Of a stretch of DNA of 64,000 nt, positions 54,726 to 64,000 are shown one piece after another. Position 1 is the first letter of the stretch; every line of letters begins with the position of its first letter. The stretch spans positions 64,108,001-64,172,000 of the forward strand of contig OX597821.1 of the NCBI GenBank assembly GCA_951406725.2. Reading direction: 5' to 3'. Position numbers and translations under genes: made by a program. Below the pieces are notes generated by a model. That model saw nothing but the letters and a program-made list of their open reading frames with translations, was not told where the DNA came from and searched no databases. The DNA comes from Octopus vulgaris (taxonomy: Eukaryota).

Positions 54726-55175
54726 TTAATTATAATTATGCTGCATTTATTTCTAAATGCTGTATTTGTTTTCCGTGAGAGTTTGGCGCGCTGTTGGTTG
54801 GGGCATTTGAATTATAACGTCCGATGTAATCAATTGAACCGCACGCGTATTTATCGTTATGGTAAAATCTGGCGTGTGATTGAGTGGATTTCATCCAGAT
54901 AGTCTTGGCTGAAGAGCTACAAATGGATTATTGTAAGTAATATTACATTTAATTCATTAATAGCGAAACAATTGTCCCAAAATAATCTGTATTTTTGTTA
55001 TTTTTTATTTGCCCTGTCCGTGTGAGCTAACAGTCGTACTGGCTTTCATGGGAAACATGTATTTTTCGTGGTTGAAACCTTTTGGATTAACTGGTGCTAG
55101 AGTGATCAATATAGTGACCACTCTCTTATATTTATTTTATATATATATATATATATTCATTTGCCGTATATATAT

Positions 55176-55215
<40 letters not shown>

Positions 55216-55749
55216 TCACATTATGTACATTATATACACGTGTGTATATGTGTACATGTATGTATGTATCGTGATAATAGCTTTTAAAATCGTGAACTGT
55301 CTGCTTTGATCTTTGAGCTCAGAAGGAAGTGTAGTTTTAAATTGTTAACAACTTAAAACTATCTAACACGAGTTTCCGTAAGAGTGAAATTACAGGCTGT
55401 ATCCCGAAATTAATGACCATACTTTACAATTTCCGTAAGCGTGAATTCTCCCAACCTGATGTAGCTGTTACGCAGGGGATCACTGCATATAGGTGGGATA
55501 TACGTGTGTCTGCGTGCGTTTTTGTTCTTGTACTCGTTTCTCATCACTCGTTTACGTCCCTCGTGTGTAGCTGATCGATAGAATAAGGGCTAACGTTGAA
55601 TGATAAGTATTACGGTCGTCTTTATCGACCAAACCCATAAGAGTATCCCAACCGGTTTCAGAGACTGAAACCAGTAAAAAGAACATAATTTGGCTAAGTT
55701 GATGCCTGCTAAACATTATTTATTGTTATTAATGTTGAAGATGAAGATA

Positions 55750-55824
<75 letters not shown>

Positions 55825-55964
55825 ACGAGGAAGACTTTTCTCAATCTAGTCGACTACTATTTGGGGAATATTAGCGATCTTTGTTGTATGGTAACTCAGT
55901 GTTGTTTAATGAGAGTCTAACCATGACCATCAAAACATAATGAATCTCGTCTTATATCATTCAA

Positions 55965-56342
55965 AGGAGTGGCTGTGTGGTAAGTAGCTTTCTTATCAAC
56001 CACATCGTACCGAGTTCAGTCCCACTGCGTGGCACCTTGGGCAAGTGTCTTCTACTATAGCCTCAGGCCGACCAAAGCCTTGTGAATGGATTTAGTAGAC
56101 AGAAACTGAAAGAAGCCCGTCGTATATACATATGTGTGTTTGTGTGTGTGAGTGTGTGTATGTGTATTTGTGTGTGTATGTGTGCGTGTGTGTGTGTTTG
56201 TGTTCTGTGTTTGACCCCCAATATCGCTTGACAACCGTTGCTGGTGTGTTTACGCCTCCGTAACTTAGCAGTTCAGCAAAAAGAGACCGATAGAATATGT
56301 TCTGGGCTTACAAAGGCAGTGCCGCAACATGGCCGCAGTCAA
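55965..56342 (+). mobile_element. SINE family A
   Basis: Homology to the other A copies. Confidence 0.88.
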
Positions 56343-56410
56343 CCTTAACAAAACAATGTAAAGAGCACTGCTAACTCAGTAGAACATACCTACAACTCAT
56401 TAGTCTATAC

Positions 56411-56480
56411 CAGCGTTTCTCTATCGGGGTTCCCCGGAACCCTAGGGTTCCGCAAAAGGTTCTTAGGGGTTCCACGAGAA
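56411..56480 (+). mobile_element. hAT (Charlie-like) terminal fragment
   Basis: gtctatac|cagcgtttctc..cggggttcc..ggaaccctagggttcc; the other end was not seen. Confidence 0.55.
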
Positions 56481-56605
56481 GGAGTGAGATAAACTAATGG
56501 TAATTTCATGATCGTAATATTACTATACATGCAAAACATATTATTGGTTATTGTAATATTGCAATATAGACATCTTCCTATTATGTTATCAAAAAAATAT
56601 AACAA

Positions 56606-56700
<95 letters not shown>

Positions 56701-56830
56701 CAAATATTAATTTACGAAGGTGTCATTAATTCTATTATTATCCAATGTAACTATTTTTAAAATGATAATAACAGAATCAATGACACAGGCGATAGCAGGC
56801 CAAAAAAATAACATTAAATAGCTGAGGGAT

Positions 56831-56960
56831 TAAAATTAATCAAAGGACATACTAAGTATGTCTACCTGCTTGAAATAACAGTCAAAACTCGATTTAATAA
56901 GAGTTTTGACTGTTATTTCAAGCAGGTAGACATACTTAGTATGTCCTTTGATTAATTTTA
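56831..56960. repeat. Perfect inverted repeat, 60-bp arms, 10-bp spacer, in a (TA)n-flanked insert (about 56697-56980)
   Basis: Arms 56831-56890 and 56901-56960. Confidence 0.9.
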
Positions 56961-56975
56961 TATATATATAAAAGC

Positions 56976-57035
<60 letters not shown>

Positions 57036-57038
<3 letters not shown>

Positions 57039-57600
57039 AGTGCTGTGTGGTAAGTAGCTTGCTAACCAACCACATGGTTCCGGGTTCAGTCCTACTACGT
57101 GGCATCTTGGGCAAGTGTCTTCTGCTATAGCCCCGGGCCGACCAATGCCTTGTGAGTGGATTTGGTAGACGGAAACTGAAAAAAGCCTGTCGTATATATG
57201 AATATATATATAAGTGTGTGTGTATATATTTGTGTGTCTGTGTTTGTCCCCCTAGCATTGCTTGACAACCGATGCTGGTGTGTTTACGTCCCCGTCACTT
57301 AGCGGTTCGGCAAAAGAGACCGATAGAATAAGTACTGGGTTTACAAAGAATAAGTCCCGGGATCGATTTGCTCGACTAAAGGCGGTGCTCCAGCATGGCG
57401 GCAGTCAAATGACTGAAACGAGTAAAAGAGTAAAAGAGTAAAAGAATATATATATATATATATACACACGCACACACAGACCGATAGAATAAGTACTAGA
57501 CTTCCAAAGAATAAGTCCTGGGATCGATTTGCGCAACTAAAGGCGATGCTCCAGGTTGGCCGCAGTCAAATGACTGAAACAAGTAAAAGAGAATAAAAGA
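57036..57600 (+). mobile_element. SINE family A plus a second tail
   Basis: Full copy to about 57446; second tail about 57478-57600. Confidence 0.9.
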
Positions 57601-58234
57601 GATTGGAGTAACTTGAAACAGGAAAAGATAAAGGTACTTGTCTCATGCCACACGTCTTTGAAAAAGTGAAGCACAAAAAGCAATGCATATTTAAAGCAAA
57701 GAAGACATATGTTTTGATCTAGCAGAATAATTAGATGGATTTCCATGTCAGGATAAAATGACTAAAGGAAAGATAATGAAATGCAGAGGCAACTCATGGG
57801 AATTGAGCAAATATCTACAGCAGATCTTGCAACAGGCAATTTCAATTGTCACCAACACAGTTCAAGTAGATATGGAAAATAGGAACTAGATCTTCGGAGA
57901 ATGTTACCGAAAATAAATTATCTTCTTATCCAGATTTTATGATAACTCTTATCCTCTCCATGTATTGAATATCGAATTACGAGCTGGTTTTACGCAGCAG
58001 TATTCCTCCTGGTAACAGTTATAACTTTTAGGATTAATTTGAATGTCCCTTTAAGATTTTCCAGCAATAGAGAAGCACATAGCAACCAATAAATTCCTAC
58101 ACAAAAACCATTTGAAAATATTCTGAGTCAAATAAATATGTTTTCCTTTCTACAACGCATTGCTATCATTTGCAACAAGGCTTACAGCTAACATAGTTAC
58201 ACACGCGCGCGCATATTCATATTATAATTAACTG

Positions 58235-58548
58235 GGTCTCCGTCGGTTAGAACGGCGATGGTTTCAGTTGAGCCGATCAACGGAACAGCTGGTTCGTGAA
58301 ATTAACGTGCAAGCGGCTGGGTACTCCACAGATAAGCGTATTATTTAAGGTAGTTCGCCGGGAGATTCGATGTAACACAGAATGTGAAAAAGGCAGGCCC
58401 TTTCAAGTACAGACACAACTAATTTTTGTCAGCGGAGAGGACTGAACTGAAGTAGGGTGAAATTAAATGCCTTGCTCAAAGGCTCAATGTGCCGCTGGGA
58501 ATGGAACTCACACCTTACGTCCATGAGCCGAACCACTAAACCACACGT
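58235..58548 (-). mobile_element. SINE family B-related, diverged
   Basis: ccgtcggtt...gatcaacggaacagc..gtgaaattaacgtgcaag. Confidence 0.7.
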
Positions 58549-58702
58549 CTTCACACACACACACACACACATTATATACATACATTCATATATATATATA
58601 TATATATATATATGAATGTATGCATATATATGTATATATATATAAGTATATATATATGAATGTATGCATATATATGTATATATACTTATATATGTATATA
58701 TA

Positions 58703-58738
<36 letters not shown>

Positions 58739-58812
58739 TGTATGCATATATATGTATATATATATATATATATGAATGTATGCATATATATGTATATATA
58801 CATACATATATC

Positions 58813-58859
<47 letters not shown>

Positions 58860-58932
58860 ATATATATATGTATATATATGTGTGTGTATATGTAAGATAT
58901 TATAGGTACGTGCGTGTACACGCACGCATGTG

Positions 58933-58970
<38 letters not shown>

Positions 58971-59154
58971 ATGCAGCTCCTTGGTTTGTTTACATTTCTG
59001 TAACTTAGCAGTTCGACTAAAAGAGATCGATAGAATATGTATGACACATTAAAAATTATAATTACTCGGACTGAATATTTCGACTAAATCCTTCAAGGCG
59101 GTGCTCCAGCATGGCCGCAGTCCAATGACTGAAGCAATTAAATGTGAATACACA

Positions 59155-59206
<52 letters not shown>

Positions 59207-59319
59207 AACAAACACACACACACTCTCTCACACCCGCACGCAGCACGCACACACGCGCACAAACATACATACACACACATTCACAAGGATGATTAGACAA
59301 GTAGGTATCTATCTGGTGA

Positions 59320-59560
59320 AGGCGGCGAGCTGGCAGAAACGTTAGCACGCCGGGCGAAATGTTTAGCGGTATTTCATCTGCCGCTACGTTCTGAGTTCAA
59401 ATTCCGCCGAGGTTGACTTTACCTTTCATCCTTTCGGGGTCGATTATGTAAGTATCAGTTACGCACTGGGCTCGGTGTAATCGACTTAACCCCTTTGTCT
59501 TGTCCTTGTTTGTCCCCTCTATGTTTAGCCCCTTGTGGGTAATAAAGAAATAGGTATTTA
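59320..59560 (+). mobile_element. SINE family C, full monomer
   Basis: ggcggcgagctggcagaaacgttagcacgccgggcgaaatg... to aataaagaaatagg. Confidence 0.9.
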
Positions 59561-59666
59561 TGTGATAAGTGCTAACACACGAAACTTTCGGCCCTTGAGT
59601 CACTTTGTTGCTTCTGATAAATATTAATAAACATAATTTATATCACAATCTTTCTATACATATATA

Positions 59667-59873
59667 TGGTTCCGGGTTCAGTCCCACTGCGCGGCACCTT
59701 GGACAAGTATCTTCTACTATAGCCTCGGGCCCACCAAAGCCTTGTGAGTGGATTTGGTTGACGGAAACTGAAAGAAGTCCGTCATATAAATAAGTCCTGG
59801 GGTCGAATTGATTGACTAAAGGCAGTGCTCCAGCATGGCCCCAGTCAAATGACTGAAACATGTAAAAGAGTAA
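59667..59873 (+). mobile_element. SINE family A with internal deletion
   Basis: Core joined directly to the last ~85 bp of the tail. Confidence 0.85.
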
Positions 59874-60004
59874 GGGAGAGAGAGAGGGAGAGAGAGAGAG
59901 AGATTTACATATATCTACATAGTTGTGTATATATATTCATGTATATGCATATATACAGATACATATACATACACATATATGTTGTGTCTATGAGCATGCA
60001 GACA

Positions 60005-60052
<48 letters not shown>

Positions 60053-60877
60053 AACAATGAGAACGTATGAGAGAGATAATATATACTGGTAACCCATTGG
60101 ATCTCAAAAGGTTTAATTCTGAATCACAGTTTTATATCTGATAAGAGATCTCTTATAACCTGATTGTTGTGATATCGTCACACAATAAAAAAAAAATTTA
60201 TTGGAATACTTAAGGAGAAATGTTCATTGCTATGAAACACTTCGCAATTTCGCAATAAATGTCTATATAACTGTTGTTCTTTAACTGCTCTCTTCTAGAA
60301 AACCTCGTGAGTATCATAACATAATAGAGTATGGTAAAGCTCTGAAAATGTTTACCTTCCTTCATATGTTTCGCTACATTTATAGATGTGATGAAAAGTT
60401 TGATGGTGATGAAATCACAAATAGGATTCGGAAATATTCCGTTTGGTTTGTACAATACACTAAATAATATATTTATCTTCAAACCATGCAATTTTTTTCT
60501 GTTTTGTTGTTTGGCTATGAACAAAGACATTATATACAAAGTAGTGTTAAACTCATTAGGTTCCATGGACTAGGCTATCATTTATAACTTCAAGCGTAAC
60601 TACGAGAGGTGTGTCCTCAGACAGACTGTTGCGGCTGCAGAAATGGAGGAAATTCTTGCATCACGTTAAAAGTTAACAGTCTGAATACAAAACTTCTGAT
60701 GACAAATCAATTCTTTCGAATTCTGGCCAAACACATCGCAGATACTAATTAAGTAAGTGTATTCCTTTATAAGCAAGTGTATATTTTATATTTTGGTACA
60801 TTTTAAAATATTTCTTCTCATTTTTGTGGGTTTTTTAAAAATTATTGTATTATTCCTCTAATGTTTAAAGTATAGTA

Positions 60878-61090
60878 AGAAGGAGTGCTGAAAAATTCCT
60901 AGCTTTAAAGGCATCACGAAAAGCCTAGTTGAAGCACCAAACTTTCGAGTTCTTTTACAGGACTTAGAAAAGCTGAACGTCAGTTGCAATAAGAGTGTGA
61001 ATCTGAGAGGAGAATATGTTGGATAAAATCTTAACAGATCCTCCTGTATTTTCTTTTATCCAAAGCCAGGAACTTTTCAGCACACTTTCG
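60878..61090 (+). mobile_element. Mariner-derived MITE retaining the transposase C-terminus
   Basis: TIRs agaaggagtgctgaaaaattcctagcttt / aaagccaggaacttttcagcacactttcg with TA flanks; FFLQDLEKL...NKSVNLRGEYVG*. Confidence 0.8.
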
Positions 61091-61539
61091 TACATTAAAG
61101 CGACCGGAAATTTCCATGTTGAATGGAGACATGCATATTTTTCTCTCTCCATCTGTTTTCTCTATTCAGTTCTTTCTGCAGGAAAGCATAGGCTCGAAAC
61201 ATCAAAGACTCCTTCCATTTTACCTAAGCGTCAAACTAATTACACCTTGTTCGTTTTTCTTTCACTTGTCTCAGTATTTTTTTTCTTTTTGTATATTTTT
61301 GTTTTATTTTTTAACCATATATACCATACATTCACCAGATCACCCTAATTTGATTCTACATGACTGAACTTCTTCCAATCTCGGACTCTCGTCTCCTTTC
61401 CGATCTACTTCTTGGACTTTCGTCACCTATCAAGAACCATTTTAACATCATCCAACCGAATTACTATGGTAGCTTTATGCCTCTCAGATTCAACCAACAT
61501 GGACTTTACAGTACACTGTTGTTGATATATATATATATA

Positions 61540-61573
<34 letters not shown>

Positions 61574-61575
<2 letters not shown>

Positions 61576-61948
61576 CGCAGGAGTGGCTGTATGGTAATTA
61601 GCTTGCTTACCAACCACATGGTTCCGGGTTCAGTCCCACTGCATGGCACCTTAGGTAAGTGATTTCTACTTTAACTTCGGGCCGACCAAAGCCTTGTGAA
61701 TGAATTTGGTAGACGGAAACTGAAAGAAGCCCGTCATATATATATTTGTGTATGTGTGTATCTGTGTGTGTGTCTGTGTTTGTCCGCCCACCATCGCTTG
61801 ACAACCGATATTGGTGCGTTTACGTCCCCGTCACTTAGCGGTTCGGCAAAAGTGACCGATAGAATATGGACAAGGCTTAAAAAGAATAAGTCCTGGAGTC
61901 GATTTGTTAAATGGCCGCAGTCAAGATAACTGAAACAAATAAAAGAAT
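61574..61948 (+). mobile_element. SINE family A
   Basis: Homology to the other A copies. Confidence 0.9.
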
Positions 61949-61954
61949 ATAAAC

Positions 61955-61988
<34 letters not shown>

Positions 61989-62367
61989 GTACCAGTGAAA
62001 CACTGGGGTCGATATAATCGACCCTCCCTTTTCCCAAAATGTCAGGCCTTGTATCTATAGTAGAAAGGATTATATATAAAAAGCACATTAACTGAAGAAG
62101 GTCACTCAGTACATTTAAGCAGTTCATCATATTATTTATATTTTCGTTTTCAACCTTATCATTGCAAATATTATAAAACTACATATGCAGTGCCGTTAAG
62201 TCGCGAGTTCGGTTTCCGGATTGAGCAGCGACATGTATCCCTTCGGAAGTCACTTCATTTTACGTTGGTCCAGTTCATAAAGCAGTAAGTAACTTGTGGT
62301 GGCCAAACCTTTATCAGACTATCAGACAGGCATCGCTTGCAGGGAGCCACTAAAAGCCGCTAATTCA

Positions 62368-62448
<81 letters not shown>

Positions 62449-63220
62449 GTCTGTCTATCTGTCTGTCTATCTTTCTACCTATCTATCTATCTATCTCTCT
62501 ATCTATCTATCTAACTATTTATCTATCTGTCTGTCTGTCTATCTTTCTATCTATCTATCTATCTATCTATCTAACTATCTACCAATCTATTTGTCTTTGT
62601 CTGTCTGTCTATCTCTCTGTCTATCTATCTACACACACACACACACACACACACATACACACACACATACACACACACACAAACCGGCATTTCATCCGCC
62701 TCACGTTCTAATTTCAAATTCTGCTGAGGTCAACTTTGCCTTCCATTCTATCAGAGTGAATAAAATAAACACCATTTGAACACTGAGGTCGATGTGACCG
62801 ACTTATTCCCTCATCCGAAATTTCAGTATTTGGAAGCTGAAATTTTCACGAAATGAAAGCAAAAAAAAAAAAAAAAAAATTAGGAGGAGGAATTTTTATT
62901 AAATAAACGAAAGCGAAGCATTACGACGACCAAAGTACTTTTGAAGTTTTATTGAATAAAGTCATGCGAAGCTGTCGAACGGACATGTAAATAATTCAAG
63001 AAGGGAAAAAGAAATCCCTAACGAAGTTTTTTGACGAATACTTACACAAATCTGTCCTAATTAAGAGGCCTATCTGTAGAGGAAGTTATGCTCTGACATG
63101 GAATAAATAAAAATTTATATGAGACATTCTATTGTAAAAATTACCTGGCAACGACGGGCTATTCACCTAAAGCTAATATATATATATATATATTTATTTA
63201 TTTATTTATTTTATAGAAGG

Positions 63221-63271
63221 AGCTTCTACAGGACTAGAACTGTTTCATTCAAATGAAATCATCAGGAAGCT
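63221..63271 (-). ncRNA. Type I hammerhead ribozyme (mirror copy)
   Basis: Exact reverse complement of 63268-63318 within a perfect palindrome. Confidence 0.7.
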
Positions 63272-63318
63272 TCCTGATGATTTCATTTGAATGAAACAGT
63301 TCTAGTCCTGTAGAAGCT
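63268..63318 (+). ncRNA. Type I hammerhead ribozyme
   Basis: agcuuc CUGAUGA u-uuca-uu-ugaa-u GAAA cag-uucuaguc-cug UA gaagcu; 6-bp stem I, GUA site; stem II is weak, with a U-U closing pair. Confidence 0.7.
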
Positions 63319-63403
63319 CCTTCTATAAAATAAATTAATTTACTCTGCTATGTATTGAGTACCTTATTTACTGTGGTTAACCCCGACTCAACCCGGGACC
63401 TAC

Positions 63404-63439
<36 letters not shown>

Positions 63440-63442
<3 letters not shown>

Positions 63443-63795
63443 TTACATTGTGTATAAACTCTATATTTGAAAGGACCCATTTTAAACTCTGTTGGACTTT
63501 TGAACTTTACTCATAGGGTATTGGAATATTACATATATACCATTCTTCCTAAAAAATGGATTTACAACCTCAATATCCATACATATCTTGCATCTATTTT
63601 CTTTCCTCCACCTCACTCTCTATTTTGTATCACATCTAAACTAACTATGACTTAACCATCCTCTCACACCGTCTCCGATGAAGGTATATAATTAATAAAT
63701 ATCATAGAAACAGCTGTAAGACCGTCAATCTATAAATGTTCTAATATCTACACAGCCTTGGGTTTTTATCTCATTACGCAAAAAATTCTAATATA
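63440..63795 (+). mobile_element. Penelope-like 3' remnant with variant hammerhead (63671-63722)
   Basis: gucu CCGAUGA ...GAAAC AGCU GUA agac; flanked by (TA)n; homologous to 11545-11755. Confidence 0.6.
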
Positions 63796-63796
63796 C

Positions 63797-63841
<45 letters not shown>

Positions 63842-64000
63842 ATGTGATAAATAATATATATATAGTATATATATATAATATATGTGTGTGTCTACATATA
63901 TGTCTACATGCCTCTTTGTCTGGCTGTCTGTCTGTATGTATGTACGTGTTTGTATTTATATATGAGGTATCATTTTTTTGTTGTTAGTTGTATGGATTAT

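Noticed and set aside
54780-54940. CpG-richer patch ending in ATGGATTATT|gtaagt, a possible first exon
   Set aside because: A single donor motif with no supporting partner exon.
60210-60760. 118-aa minus-strand ORF and a nearby gtaagt donor
   Set aside because: Composition is typical of random AT-rich ORFs, and no consistent exon frame was found.

Overview
AT-rich, repeat-saturated eukaryotic DNA, most likely intronic or intergenic sequence from an octopus. The organism is inferred from the tRNA-derived SINE families and the extreme (AT)n/(AC)n/(ATAC)n density. Almost all ORFs in the track are microsatellite artefacts. Supported content: three abundant SINE families; a 5'-truncated Penelope-like element (RT C-terminus + GIY-YIG); an R4/Dong-type RLE retrotransposon in (TAA)n; RTE, CR1-like and L1/Tx1-like LINE fragments; mariner, pogo/Tigger and hAT remnants; several MITEs; and four non-autonomous Helitrons with recognisable 3' ends plus one 5' end. 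One probable host exon that the ORF track missed (27668-27826, +) encodes a TM helix, a Cys cluster and PPLPP. Most notable: (1) unrelated asymmetric palindromes inserted in (TA)n, several carrying type I hammerhead ribozyme cores, including a perfect 132-bp palindrome with one hammerhead per strand; (2) five CRE+CCAAT modules with invariant spacing downstream of the Penelope ORF; (3) a Helitron carrying a LINE-ORF1-like fragment, and Helitrons with swapped end modules. All calls are by eye, no searches were run, and boundaries of decayed repeats are approximate.
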